From: Fidelibacterota bacterium
Lineage (GTDB): Bacteria > Fidelibacterota > Marinisomatia > Marinisomatales > Marinisomataceae
Assembly (NCBI GenBank): GCA_038280095.1
Contig: JAYPYG010000002.1
Location: forward strand, 1 to 60,915
Reading direction: 5' to 3'
DNA length: 60,915 nucleotides
The notes beneath the pieces were generated by a model that was not told where the DNA came from, did not search any database, and saw nothing but the letters and a program-made list of their open reading frames with translations. Made by a program: the position numbers and the translations under genes. Positions 20,090-33,016 of this stretch are shown here, one piece after another; positions within the stretch are counted from its first letter, which is position 1, and each line of letters starts with the position of its first letter.

Positions 20090-20098
20090 TATGATTTC

Positions 20099-21046
20099 CT
20101 ATTTATTCTTGGATTTTGAATAAGCGTCAATGATATCTTTTACAAGATGATGTCTTGCAATATCATGTTCACTTAGTTTTACAATCCCAATATCATTAAT
20201 ATTTTTTAATATTTTTAAAACATCAATCAATCCAGAATTAGACTTTGTCGGTAAATCGATTTGCGATTCATCACCAGTTATTATCGCTCTTGATTCAATT
20301 CCTAATCTTGTTAGAAACATTTTCATTTGAATCGATGAAGCATTTTGAGCCTCATCAAGAATCATAGCTGAACGATTGATGGTTCTGCCCCTCATATATG
20401 CCAATGGTATTATCTCAATAATACCTCTATCTAAAAAATTTTGAATTTTATTTTTTGGTAATAATTCATGAAGTGCATCATATAATGGTGCAAGATATGG
20501 ATCAATTTTATCTTTAAGGTCCCCTGGAAGAAATCCTAAATTTTCTCCAGCTTCAACAGCAGGTCTACAGAAAATAATTTTTTCAATTTCATGTTTTTCA
20601 AGTAACGATAATGCATATGCCACAGCAAGGAATGTTTTCCCCGTTCCTGCTGGACCAACAGAAATAATAATATCGTTTTTGAAAAAAGATTGAACTAATT
20701 CTTTTTGACCATCAGTTCTAGGAAAAACTGGACCCTTTTTACCATAAAATAATACGTTCTCAATGGATCCATTAGGTTTAGATGATGGTTCTGATGCATT
20801 TAAAGCAACTAATTGTGATATATCTTTTTGAGATATGGTATTACCTTTTTTAATTGAGTCAATCATTTGATTTAAAACTGAATCAAAATGATTTATGTCT
20901 TTTTTTAGGCCTTGGCAAAAAATATTATTTCCTCTAACATTTAATTGAAGAGGAAATTGTTTTTCTAAAAAAATAATATTTTTATCACCAACTCCATACA
21001 GACTTGTTAAATCTACGCCTTTTATTTCAAACGTTTTTTTCATCAT
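20099..21046 (-). CDS. phoH: PhoH-family ATPase
   Basis: [47 protein letters not shown]. Confidence 0.95.
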   Translation of the reverse strand: MMKKTFEIKGVDLTSLYGVGDKNIIFLEKQFPLQLNVRGNNIFCQGLKKDINHFDSVLNQMIDSIKKGNTISQKDISQLVALNASEPSSKPNGSIENVLFYGKKGPVFPRTDGQKELVQSFFKNDIIISVGPAGTGKTFLAVAYALSLLEKHEIEKIIFCRPAVEAGENLGFLPGDLKDKIDPYLAPLYDALHELLPKNKIQNFLDRGIIEIIPLAYMRGRTINRSAMILDEAQNASSIQMKMFLTRLGIESRAIITGDESQIDLPTKSNSGLIDVLKILKNINDIGIVKLSEHDIARHHLVKDIIDAYSKSKNK

Positions 21047-22778
21047 CTAAAATCTTTATTCCAAGTTCATTTAATTGTTCTTCTGAAACAATGTTTGGAG
21101 CTTCTTCCATCAAAGCAGATGCTGATGTTGTCTTTGGAAATGCAATAACGTCTCTAATATTTGTCACTCCTGCTAACAACATAACTAATCTATCTAACCC
21201 AAATGCAATACCACCATGTGGAGGAGTACCATATTTAAGTGCATCTATAAAAAATCCAAATTTTTCCGAAATTTCCTTATCAGATAGATTCATTATTTTA
21301 AATATATCTTTTTGTAATTTATGGTCATGGATTCTTATTGAACCTCCGGCTACTTCATATCCATTAATTACTATATCATAGCCTTTAGAAATAATATCTC
21401 CAGGATTTGATATGACATTTTCTATATCAGAATCTTTTGGAGCAGTAAAAGGATGATTTACAGAATCAAATCTTTCAGTCTCATCATTCCAATCAAATAA
21501 AGGAAAATCTACAATCCAAACAGGAGCAAAGAGGCTATTATCCTTAAGATTTAATATATCACCAAGCCTACTTCTTACTTTTCCAAGAATTTTGAGAGAA
21601 TTATTTAGATTATCACCAATCATAAAACATATTGAGTTATCCTTAATTCCAAAATTGCTAATGATTTCATTACGAAGTTCAGAATCAAAAAATTTAGAAA
21701 TTCCACCCTCAAAATCACCATTATTCACTTTATACCACGCTAGTCCTTTAGCACCAATTGATTGAGCATAAGCATCCATTTCATTTATAACTTTTCTGGA
21801 AAATTTATCAGCTTCTTGAATATGAATCATTCTTACAGCCTCGCAAGAAGAAAATGCTTTAAAATCAGATTTGTCTGAAAAAGGTTTGAAATCATTGATA
21901 AGCATTTCAAATCTTAAATCAGGCTTATCAGTACCATATTTTTCAATAGCTTCTTTGTATGGAAGAACTGGAAAATCATTTAAATCTACATTGATTATAT
22001 TTTTAAATACTTTGATAATTAAATTTTGAACTAAATTTCTGACTTCATGTTCATCAACAAAACTCATTTCTAAATCAATTTGAGTAAACTCAGGTTGACG
22101 ATCAGATCTTAAATCTTCATCCCTAAAACATTTCACGATTTGAAAATATCGGTCTAAGCCTGAGATCATAAATAGTTGTTTATACATTTGTGGAGATTGT
22201 GGTAACGCATAGAATTGACCGTTGTGAACTCTGCTTGGCACTAAATAATCTCTAGCACCTTCTGGAGTGGACTTCATCAACACTGGTGTTTCAATCTCAA
22301 GAAAATTATTTTCTGATAAGAAATTTCTTACTACCTGAGCTGTTTTATGTCTTATAATTAAATTATTTTGGAGAGAAGAATTTCTAAGCTCTAAATATCT
22401 GTATTTCAATCTATGCTCTTCAGATGATGCTTCCCGATCTTGTATGGATAGAGGCATAGGTTCAGCTGTACTTAATAAATCAATTCTTTCAACTAAAACT
22501 TCAATTTCACCTGTTGATAAATCAGGATTGATTAAATCTTTTTCTCTTGCAGAAACTTTACCGGATACATGAATAACATCTTCATTTGACAAGGTTTTAC
22601 CAATTTCAATTAGCTCATCAGAACTTAGTATAACCTGAGTTTTACCAAAACGATCACGAATATCTATAAATATTATCTGACCATGGGTTCTTATAGAGTT
22701 TACCCATCCTGAAAGCTGAACGGTCTTGTCAATATGATTATTATTCAGTTCACCACAATTATGTGTTCTAATAGTCAT
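21027..22778 (-). CDS. aspS: Aspartate-tRNA ligase
   Basis: [59 protein letters not shown]. Confidence 0.98.
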   Translation of the reverse strand: MTIRTHNCGELNNNHIDKTVQLSGWVNSIRTHGQIIFIDIRDRFGKTQVILSSDELIEIGKTLSNEDVIHVSGKVSAREKDLINPDLSTGEIEVLVERIDLLSTAEPMPLSIQDREASSEEHRLKYRYLELRNSSLQNNLIIRHKTAQVVRNFLSENNFLEIETPVLMKSTPEGARDYLVPSRVHNGQFYALPQSPQMYKQLFMISGLDRYFQIVKCFRDEDLRSDRQPEFTQIDLEMSFVDEHEVRNLVQNLIIKVFKNIINVDLNDFPVLPYKEAIEKYGTDKPDLRFEMLINDFKPFSDKSDFKAFSSCEAVRMIHIQEADKFSRKVINEMDAYAQSIGAKGLAWYKVNNGDFEGGISKFFDSELRNEIISNFGIKDNSICFMIGDNLNNSLKILGKVRSRLGDILNLKDNSLFAPVWIVDFPLFDWNDETERFDSVNHPFTAPKDSDIENVISNPGDIISKGYDIVINGYEVAGGSIRIHDHKLQKDIFKIMNLSDKEISEKFGFFIDALKYGTPPHGGIAFGLDRLVMLLAGVTNIRDVIAFPKTTSASALMEEAPNIVSEEQLNELGIKILDDEKNV

Positions 22779-22795
22779 TTATAATAATCTAATAA

Positions 22796-25337
<2,542 letters not shown>

Positions 25338-25338
25338 A

Positions 25339-26856
25339 TTAGAAGCTCTTCTTGAATTCCTCTATTGCCTTATTCATCTTTTCGCCAAGATCGTCTGAAA
25401 TATCTCCTGAGCTATTTATTTCTTTTAAGCATTCAGAATGTTTTGATTCAAAATGCTCAAGAAGACCTACTTCAAATTCCTTAACTGACTCTAATTCAAT
25501 ATCATCTAAGTAACCCTGACTCGCAGCATAAATAATTGCAACCTGCTTTTCAGTTGTCATTGGTACATATTGATTCTGTTTTAGAATTTCAACCATTCTT
25601 CTTCCTCTTGTAATTTGAGCTGCAGTTGACTCATCCAAATCTGAAGCAAATTTTGCAAAAGCTTCCAATTCTCTAAATTGGGCTAAGTCTAACCTTAATT
25701 TACCTGCAATTTTTTTCATAGCTTTAATCTGAGCACTACCACCAACTCTTGAAACAGATAATCCAACATCAACTGCTGGTCTAACTCCTCCGTTAAACAA
25801 GTTTGTATCTAAATAAATCTGTCCATCTGTAATTGATATTACGTTTGTTGGAATATATGCAGATACATCACCTTCTTGAGTTTCAATAACTGGAAGCGCT
25901 GTAAGAGAACCAGAGCCTAAATCTTCTGAAAGCTTTGAAGCTCTTTCTAACAATCTACTATGTAAGTAAAATACATCACCTGGAAATGCTTCTCTACCCG
26001 GAGGTCTTCTCAAAACAAGAGACATCTGCCTATATGCAGTAGCTTGTTTTGATAAATCATCATAAACAATTAAACCGTGCATACCATTATCTCTATAATA
26101 TTCTCCCATAGCACAACCTGAATAAGGAGCAATATATTGTAATGGAGCTGGATCAGAAGCATTTGCTACCACAACAGTTGTATACTCCATTGCTCCGTTA
26201 GCTTCAAGCTCAGCAACAAGCTTAGCAACTGTTGATGCCTTTTGACCAACAGCAACATAAACACAATATACTGGGCTATCTGAACTATGAGTGGATTTTT
26301 GATTAATAATAGCATCAATTGCAATTGCTGATTTTCCAGTCTGCCTGTCACCAATAATTAGCTCTCTTTGACCTCTACCAATTGGAATCATGCTGTCAAT
26401 TGATTTTAATCCAGTTTGTAGGGGTTCTTTAACTGGAAATCTTTGCATAACACCTAATGCTTTTCTTTCAATTGGTAAAGTTTCTTTAGCATTGATAGGG
26501 CCCTTACCATCCATTGGCTGACCTAGAGGGTCAACGACACGACCTAAAAGTTCTTTACCGACTGGTACTTCGACAACTTTACCTGTTCTTTTAACGGTAT
26601 CACCTTCTTTTACAAGACTACTATCACCAAATAATACTGCACCAACATTTTCTTCTTCTAAATTTAAAGCCATTCCAAATACATTATTTGGAAACTCAAC
26701 GAGCTCAGAACTCATTACACTTCCAAGTCCGCTTGTTCTAGCAACACCATCGCCAATTTCTAAAACTTCGCCAACTTCATTAACATCAACACTTTCATTG
26801 ATATTTTTAATCTGACTTCGTAGCAAATCACCGATTTCATTTGTCTTAATATCCAT
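25339..26856 (-). CDS. atpA: ATP synthase alpha subunit
   Basis: [41 protein letters not shown]. Confidence 0.99.
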   Translation of the reverse strand: MDIKTNEIGDLLRSQIKNINESVDVNEVGEVLEIGDGVARTSGLGSVMSSELVEFPNNVFGMALNLEEENVGAVLFGDSSLVKEGDTVKRTGKVVEVPVGKELLGRVVDPLGQPMDGKGPINAKETLPIERKALGVMQRFPVKEPLQTGLKSIDSMIPIGRGQRELIIGDRQTGKSAIAIDAIINQKSTHSSDSPVYCVYVAVGQKASTVAKLVAELEANGAMEYTTVVVANASDPAPLQYIAPYSGCAMGEYYRDNGMHGLIVYDDLSKQATAYRQMSLVLRRPPGREAFPGDVFYLHSRLLERASKLSEDLGSGSLTALPVIETQEGDVSAYIPTNVISITDGQIYLDTNLFNGGVRPAVDVGLSVSRVGGSAQIKAMKKIAGKLRLDLAQFRELEAFAKFASDLDESTAAQITRGRRMVEILKQNQYVPMTTEKQVAIIYAASQGYLDDIELESVKEFEVGLLEHFESKHSECLKEINSSGDISDDLGEKMNKAIEEFKKSF

Positions 26857-27399
26857 TTATACCCCTACTAATTTTGATTTTGCGTTTTCTAATTTTGTTT
26901 GCAGACTACTATCGTATAATGTGTCGTCTACTTTAATTTTAAGTCCCCCAATTAAATTTTTATCAACATCAAAGTTGATATCAATTTTCCTATTGATAAG
27001 TTCACTCAAAGAATTAGTTATATCATCTTTTTGATCACTATTCATTTCATTTGAAGAAACCACTTCAACAAATGCGATATTTAGTTTTTGTTTTGATAGT
27101 AATGTAAAATTCTTGGAGACATCTTTTAATAAATTAATGTCATCATTTTCTATTACTACTTTTAAAACTTCTACTAAAATAACACTCATTGAGCTTGAAA
27201 CAGCTTTCTCAAAAAGACTCATTTTTTCTACGCTATCAACAGTCTTTGATTTGAAAAAAGTGTTGATAGATAAATCGTCTTTTAATGAAGCATTAAATTC
27301 ATCCAATCCTTTTTTAACACCTAAAAAATCATCAAATGAATTAACGGCATCATTTAACAAATTAGAATAAATGTTTATCTTTTTAAGATTTTGCTTCAT
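26857..27399 (-). CDS. atpH: ATP synthase delta subunit
   Basis: VD.NLIGGLKIKVDD.LYD.SL; operon position. Confidence 0.92.
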   Translation of the reverse strand: MKQNLKKINIYSNLLNDAVNSFDDFLGVKKGLDEFNASLKDDLSINTFFKSKTVDSVEKMSLFEKAVSSSMSVILVEVLKVVIENDDINLLKDVSKNFTLLSKQKLNIAFVEVVSSNEMNSDQKDDITNSLSELINRKIDINFDVDKNLIGGLKIKVDDTLYDSSLQTKLENAKSKLVGV

Positions 27400-27889
27400 C
27401 TACTTTCACTGCTTCTAATGATGATTTAATAAACTTACTATTGTCATCATCTTTAACATTCCTTTGTAAAACTTTTGTAGCTAATTCTAGACTAAGGTCT
27501 ACAACTTCTTCCTTAATTTCTTTAATAGCTTTTTTCTTCTCAATCTCTATCTTTGACTTTGCATCATCAAGAAATTCATTAGATTTTGCCTTTGCATCAT
27601 TAAGTATTTTGGCTGCGGACTCTTCAGCTCTAAGCTTACTATCTCCTACAATCGCTTTACCTTCTTTTTTGGCCTCATTAAGTATTTTTTCAGACTCATC
27701 TTTAATTTGTTCAAGATCGGTCTTAGCACTTTCTGCCATTTTAAGAGATTCTGCAATATCTTTTTCTCTTTCTTCTAAAAAGTCTAAAAGAGGATTCCAT
27801 GCATACTTTCTTAATACAAAAAGTACTGTCATAAAAATAACTAATGACCAGATATATGTGCCTAGTTCTGGCGTTAATAATGGATTCAT
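27383..27889 (-). CDS. atpF: ATP synthase b subunit
   Basis: N-terminal TM, KYAW.PL...LEERE..I, coiled coil. Confidence 0.95.
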   Translation of the reverse strand: MNPLLTPELGTYIWSLVIFMTVLFVLRKYAWNPLLDFLEEREKDIAESLKMAESAKTDLEQIKDESEKILNEAKKEGKAIVGDSKLRAEESAAKILNDAKAKSNEFLDDAKSKIEIEKKKAIKEIKEEVVDLSLELATKVLQRNVKDDDNSKFIKSSLEAVKVDEAKS

Positions 27890-27907
27890 ATTATTTCCTT
27901 ATTTTAA

Positions 27908-28090
27908 TTACAGAACTAGTGATAATAATCCAAGCAAAATTGCTGCACCTTCAACTAAAATAGCTAAAAGAAATGTTTGTGATCTTATTTCTCCAGCTGC
28001 TTCAGGCTGTCTTGCAATAGCTTGAGCTACTCCATAACCAATTAATCCGATACCAATTCCGGCACCAATTACTGCTAAACCTGCTCCCAT
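27908..28090 (-). CDS. atpE: ATP synthase c subunit (60 aa)
   Basis: GAGIGIG, ARQPE loop, conserved Glu in VEG; AAGGAG RBS 7 nt before the ATG. Confidence 0.95.
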   Translation of the reverse strand: MGAGLAVIGAGIGIGLIGYGVAQAIARQPEAAGEIRSQTFLLAILVEGAAILLGLLSLVL

Positions 28091-28110
28091 AGTGAGACTC
28101 CTTTTTTTTG

Positions 28111-29082
28111 TTAGTGATCTACGTGTATAGCCATTCCAATAAAAACGGCTGTTAATAATGCAAAAACATATGCTTGTATTACTGCAACTAACAGTTCAAG
28201 CATAGTTAATCCTAATGCAAGTGAGATTGAAAAAGGAGCTATTCCGAAACCAGCTAAACCTCCCAATTCTGCAGTTGCACTAAAAATAAATGTTATAAAA
28301 ATTATTAAAGCAATATGTCCACCCATCATATTTCCAGCTAGCCTTAGAGTCAAAGCAAGTGGGCGAATAAATAATCCCATGAATTCAATAGGCACAACAA
28401 CGAAATATAGCGGCCAAGGTAATCCAGAAGGCGCTAAATTTTTCCAATGCTGCACAAAGCCATATTTTTGAATTCCAGCAGCAATAAAAGCAACAAATGT
28501 AATAGTAGCTATTGCAAAAGTCACATTTACATTTGCTGTAACTGTGTGGCCACCTTTTGATAATAAATATAATATATTGTCTTTACCTAACATTTCAGCT
28601 TTGTATCCAATTTTGCCTATCAATCCTGTTAAATCAAAAATTGGTATCAGTCCTAAAACATTTCCAAAAAGAACAAAAAAGAAAATTGTATAGACCAAAG
28701 GCGCCCATGATCTATATTCTTTATTTCCAATAAAATTTTTAAGAACATCGTCTCTTAAGTAGATAACAAACATTTCAATAATACTCATAAACTTATTAGG
28801 GATATTTTTCTTATGAGAAATATAACCTTGAATTAATGTTACAATGGTTGAAACCACTATAAAGGAAACAAAGAAAAGTAAAAAAACGTGCTTTGAAATT
28901 CCCAAATCAATATAAAATAAGGATTCACTAGAAATGCCAAAAAAATTAGAAATCTTTTCTGAGATTGTATTTAGAAATTCAAATTCAAAGATGTTTTTTT
29001 TGCTGTTTGCAACGTGATCAATAGCATATTGAGGGGCTTGATCCATTGTCCATTCTTTTCCAACTTTTTCAGCAATAAACAT
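28111..29082 (-). CDS. atpB: ATP synthase a subunit
   Basis: TANVNVT, RPLALTLRLAGNM.GH, E.LVA.IQAYVF.LL. Confidence 0.96.
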   Translation of the reverse strand: MFIAEKVGKEWTMDQAPQYAIDHVANSKKNIFEFEFLNTISEKISNFFGISSESLFYIDLGISKHVFLLFFVSFIVVSTIVTLIQGYISHKKNIPNKFMSIIEMFVIYLRDDVLKNFIGNKEYRSWAPLVYTIFFFVLFGNVLGLIPIFDLTGLIGKIGYKAEMLGKDNILYLLSKGGHTVTANVNVTFAIATITFVAFIAAGIQKYGFVQHWKNLAPSGLPWPLYFVVVPIEFMGLFIRPLALTLRLAGNMMGGHIALIIFITFIFSATAELGGLAGFGIAPFSISLALGLTMLELLVAVIQAYVFALLTAVFIGMAIHVDH

Positions 29083-29136
29083 CGCCGAAATATAAATAGA
29101 AAGTTGTAAGGAAAAACAGAAAAAAAAGAGTAAATC

Positions 29137-29334
29137 TTAATTATTATTTTTTACATGCTGATATGCACGGAAAGAAGCATGAAAAACTCCAATAATAATT
29201 ACAAAAATTTTCCAAAAATCGTTAAAAAAAAAATAAGCTATTAAAAGCCAAGATATAATAATTCCGATGAATTCAAAATAGACCGAATAACTTTCAGCTA
29301 AAATAGAACTTAGTTTCTTCTTTTTACTCATCAA
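29137..29334 (-). CDS. Small 2-TM protein, probable AtpZ/AtpI-type accessory
   Basis: Two short TMs, directly upstream of atpB. Confidence 0.5.
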   Translation of the reverse strand: MMSKKKKLSSILAESYSVYFEFIGIIISWLLIAYFFFNDFWKIFVIIIGVFHASFRAYQHVKNNN

Positions 29335-29668
29335 CTATAATGTCACATCTTCCTGAAAATTGAGCACCATCTTCAATGGTAAGAATTTTATACTTTAGAT
29401 TTCCAAGAAGCTCACATCCTTTTAGAAGTTCAGCTGGACCATTAATGAATGCATCACCCTCAATATAACCATTAATTTGAATCATTGAAGCTTCAACATC
29501 ACCGTATATTTTTCCACTTTTTGCTAATTGAATAGCTCCGTTTGTTTTAACAGAGCCTTTTATCTCTCCATAAATGGTTACATTGCCATTTAAAAGCACA
29601 TTACCATCAATGGCTACATCTTCAGCAATGATTGTTTGACTATTACTTGCTTTGGATTGAATTTTCAT
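29324..29668 (-). CDS. Bactofilin (polymer-forming cytoskeletal protein)
   Basis: TIIAED..I.G......I.G.I.G.V beta-helix repeats ending IEDGAQFSGRC. Confidence 0.92.
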   Translation of the reverse strand: MKIQSKASNSQTIIAEDVAIDGNVLLNGNVTIYGEIKGSVKTNGAIQLAKSGKIYGDVEASMIQINGYIEGDAFINGPAELLKGCELLGNLKYKILTIEDGAQFSGRCDIIVDE

Positions 29669-30399
29669 TGAGATAATTTATCGGATTTTAAGTTAAAATC
29701 TTCAAAAAAATTAATTGGATCAATAGAATTTCCATCTTTCCAAATTTCAAAATGTAAATGAGGACCGGTGGACATTCCAGAATTGCCTAATTTAGCAATT
29801 ACGTCTCCCGCTTTAACTGTATCCCCTTTTTTAAAAAAATTTTCCTGATTATGATAATAATGTGAGAGATACCCATTTTGATGATCTATAATAATAAAAT
29901 TTCCAAAATCATCTGAAAAATCACTAAAGACTATTTGTCCATCCGCTGTTGCAAAAATAGGTGTTCCTTCAATATTTACAACATCTATTCCAAAATGTTT
30001 AGTTTCTGTATCAAATGTTTTACTAATCAAACCATCTGCAGGCTTAACTGTGGGAAGATTATTTGCCAAGAAATATCTAATGTTGTTTTCATTTAAATCA
30101 TTACCCTTTTCTGTGCCAATAATTGAATCAATATAAGATTTCATTAAGGCAATCTCTTCAATCGATTTATCAATGTTATTAATGATTTCTTGTTGCTGTT
30201 TTATTTCTTTGTTAATTGTTGAAACTCTTAAGTATTCTTTCACAATTGGCGATGAAAAATATAAAAGCGTAATTGAACCAAGAACCATTATTGATAATAC
30301 TATAATCGATGAAATAAATGTTAATCTACTAAATTCTATTTGCCACGATTTATCTGAAAATGGAGATATAAATAAAATTTTATATTTACTTAATTTCAT
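29665..30399 (-). CDS. M23-family metalloendopeptidase, membrane-anchored
   Basis: TM plus coiled coil, HFGID (HxxxD), STGPHLHFEI (HxH). Confidence 0.92.
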   Translation of the reverse strand: MKLSKYKILFISPFSDKSWQIEFSRLTFISSIIVLSIMVLGSITLLYFSSPIVKEYLRVSTINKEIKQQQEIINNIDKSIEEIALMKSYIDSIIGTEKGNDLNENNIRYFLANNLPTVKPADGLISKTFDTETKHFGIDVVNIEGTPIFATADGQIVFSDFSDDFGNFIIIDHQNGYLSHYYHNQENFFKKGDTVKAGDVIAKLGNSGMSTGPHLHFEIWKDGNSIDPINFFEDFNLKSDKLSQ

Positions 30400-30403
30400 A
30401 AAA

Positions 30404-31234
30404 TTAATCAGACTTAATTGATTGTAGCTTATCTAATACCCTGCTAACTGTTTTTTTACTAAAATTAATCTTAATAAAACCTTTTTTGGTTTTAGCATTT
30501 TGATTAATAACTACTTTTTCGCCAATCAATCTTGAAAGTTTATCTTGAATGTTTTGTAATTGAGGAGAAACCTTTCTTTTTGAAGCTAGTTTCTCTGTTT
30601 TACGAACTGATATCTTCTCTGTTAATAGTTTTTGCCAAAGCTGAAGCATGCCTTGAGTAGTTTTTCTCTGTAAAATTGCTCTTGCTTGCCCTGCATTAAT
30701 TTCACCTTTTAAGATACTATCTTGGATTTGATCAGGAAGCTTTAATAGTCTTAAAGCATTAGAAACTGCAGGCCTTGATTTACCAACGGTTTTTGCTATT
30801 TCAGTTATTGAAGATTGTAAATTTTCTTGAAGATATTTATATCCTTTTGCCTCTTCTATTGGGTTAAGGTCTTCTCTTTGAATATTCTCAATCAACGCCA
30901 TATACATTACATCTTTAGTTGTATCTACATCGATAACGTAAGCTAAAATTCTCTTTTTGTTTAATAGTTTGTGGGCTCTATATCTTCTTTCACCAGCTAC
31001 AATAATATATTTATTGTAAACTTTTTTAACAGTAATTGGACTAATCAAACCTTTTTCATCAATGGATTGAGCTAGTTGTTTAAGAGATTTGTCTGCAAAA
31101 TTTTTTCTAGGCTGATTAGGATTGGGTTTAATTTTGCTTAAAAGAATACTGCTTTGATTAAAATCTTCTAAATTATTCTTTGAAGGAGTTAAAAGAGCTC
31201 CTAAACCTTGACCGAGCTGTTTATTTTTTTTCAT
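30404..31234 (-). CDS. parB: Chromosome partitioning protein ParB
   Basis: LG.GL.ALL, PNP.QPRK.F, AGERRYRA, ALIENIQREDLNPIEEA, GKSR..VSN.LRLL. Confidence 0.96.
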   Translation of the reverse strand: MKKNKQLGQGLGALLTPSKNNLEDFNQSSILLSKIKPNPNQPRKNFADKSLKQLAQSIDEKGLISPITVKKVYNKYIIVAGERRYRAHKLLNKKRILAYVIDVDTTKDVMYMALIENIQREDLNPIEEAKGYKYLQENLQSSITEIAKTVGKSRPAVSNALRLLKLPDQIQDSILKGEINAGQARAILQRKTTQGMLQLWQKLLTEKISVRKTEKLASKRKVSPQLQNIQDKLSRLIGEKVVINQNAKTKKGFIKINFSKKTVSRVLDKLQSIKSD

Positions 31235-31985
31235 TAATTATCTCCAATGCTAAGTCCATATAATCTTTTGCACCCGAACAATTTACATCATACATAATTG
31301 CAGGTTTTCCATCGTATGGTGCTTCAGCTAATCTTACATTTCGATTAATTTTAGTTTTAAATAATTTATTTTTAAAATTTGTTTTTAACAAACTCTCAAC
31401 TTTTTTAGAAAGTCTCAGTCTCTTTGTATGCATTGTAATCAGTAATCCAAGGATATTTAGCTTATCATTTATATTCTCTTTAACAATTTTAATTGTTTCC
31501 TGTAGACTTCTTAAACCTTCAAGTGCAAAAAATTCGCTTTGAATAGGAATTAAAACATCAGTTGAAGCAGTTAAAGCATTTAATGTTAAAAGACCTAAGG
31601 ATGGAGGACAGTCTATTAGGATATAGTCATAATTTTTTTTCACCTTATTTATCAAATTTAATAACTGCTTTTCTCTATTTGGCAATGAAACCAGCTCTAC
31701 TTCACAGCCAACTAAATTGGTGTCTGATTTAATAAAATCCATATATTCAATAGATGTGTTTGAAATAATGTCTACTATTTTTTCATTTCCAGTAATTGCA
31801 TCATAGATTGAAAATTCATTATTAATATCAAAATCATTTAATCCTGTTGTAGCATTGGCTTGAGGATCAAAATCAATTAATAAAGTTTTCTTTTCTAAGA
31901 TACCTAAGCTAGCAGCTAAATTAATTGCAGTAGTAGTTTTGCCTACTCCCCCTTTTTGATTTATTATGGAAATAATTTTTTTCAT
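31221..31985 (-). CDS. parA: Chromosome partitioning ATPase ParA/Soj
   Basis: NQKGGVGKTT, DPQANAT, DCPPSLG, EFFALEG, RNVRLAEAP. Start moved to ATG 31985. Confidence 0.97.
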   Translation of the reverse strand: MKKIISIINQKGGVGKTTTAINLAASLGILEKKTLLIDFDPQANATTGLNDFDINNEFSIYDAITGNEKIVDIISNTSIEYMDFIKSDTNLVGCEVELVSLPNREKQLLNLINKVKKNYDYILIDCPPSLGLLTLNALTASTDVLIPIQSEFFALEGLRSLQETIKIVKENINDKLNILGLLITMHTKRLRLSKKVESLLKTNFKNKLFKTKINRNVRLAEAPYDGKPAIMYDVNCSGAKDYMDLALEIINEKK

Positions 31986-32063
31986 ATGAATGAAAAATTT
32001 AATTGGTAAATAAGGGTAATACAAAGTTTTTAAAAAATCATTTTATCTGACTTAACTTTAAGA

Positions 32064-33014
32064 GTGAAAGAAAGAATATTAATTACTGGACACAATGGCG
32101 AATTAGGTAGTAAAACACTTAAAGAATTAGTTAGCATAGGTAAATCGGTTATTGCTTTAGATATAAATGATCCAAAAGAAAAAATTCATTCCGTTAAATA
32201 TATCAAAGACACTATAACTAATGAACAACTAATAAATTCAATATTTAACGATTATCATATTAGTGAAGTTTATCACTTTGCTGCACTACTAAGCCAAACA
32301 GCTGCTCAAAACCCTGAATTAGCATTTGAAATAAACGAAAAAGCATCGAAAGACTTAATTGATTTTTCGTACAATTTTGGAATAAAAAATAATTGTTTAA
32401 CCAGATTTTTTTTTCCTAGCTCAATTGCTGTTTATGGTCCAAGAAAAATTGAAAATGCTTCGGAGCAAGATATTATTAAACCCACAACAATTTACGGAAA
32501 TAATAAACTTATCATTGAGCAATATGGAACTAAACTACATGAACAAAGTCTATTTAAAAAAATTGGATTAGATTTTAGATCAATTAGGTTTCCAGGAGTA
32601 ATAAGTTATGATACTATTCCATCTGGAGGTACTACAGATTATGCTCCACAAATGATAAATAATGCAAAAAAAGGTGAAAAATTTGAATGCAAGTTATCTC
32701 CAAACACAAAACTACCATTTATAGGGATAGATAAAACAATATCATCTATTATTGACATGATGAATTTAGAAATAATCGAGTCTAAATTGAGAGCATTTAA
32801 TGTTCAAGAAGCTAGTTTTTCTGTTAAAGAACTAAGTGATTTCCTATCACAAAAATTTCCTTCTTTTCAAATTACGTATAATGAAGATAAAAGTTTTCAA
32901 TCAGTTGCAGATACATGGCCCTCAAGTTTAAATTGTAAAAGAGCGAATAAATTTTGGAATTTCTCTAAAGAAAAAGACTTTGAAGTGTTTTTGGAAAAGA
33001 TAATTAATAAATAA
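32064..33014 (+). CDS. tdh: L-threonine 3-dehydrogenase (extended SDR type)
   Basis: GxxGxxG, SSIAVYG, YxxxK, R.PG.IS...GGTTDYA; adjacent to kbl. Confidence 0.82.
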   Translation: MKERILITGHNGELGSKTLKELVSIGKSVIALDINDPKEKIHSVKYIKDTITNEQLINSIFNDYHISEVYHFAALLSQTAAQNPELAFEINEKASKDLIDFSYNFGIKNNCLTRFFFPSSIAVYGPRKIENASEQDIIKPTTIYGNNKLIIEQYGTKLHEQSLFKKIGLDFRSIRFPGVISYDTIPSGGTTDYAPQMINNAKKGEKFECKLSPNTKLPFIGIDKTISSIIDMMNLEIIESKLRAFNVQEASFSVKELSDFLSQKFPSFQITYNEDKSFQSVADTWPSSLNCKRANKFWNFSKEKDFEVFLEKIINK

Positions 33015-33016
33015 AT

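Noticed and set aside
31986-32063. Possible oriC near parAB
   Set aside because: The intergenic region is only about 80 bp with no DnaA-box cluster recognised.
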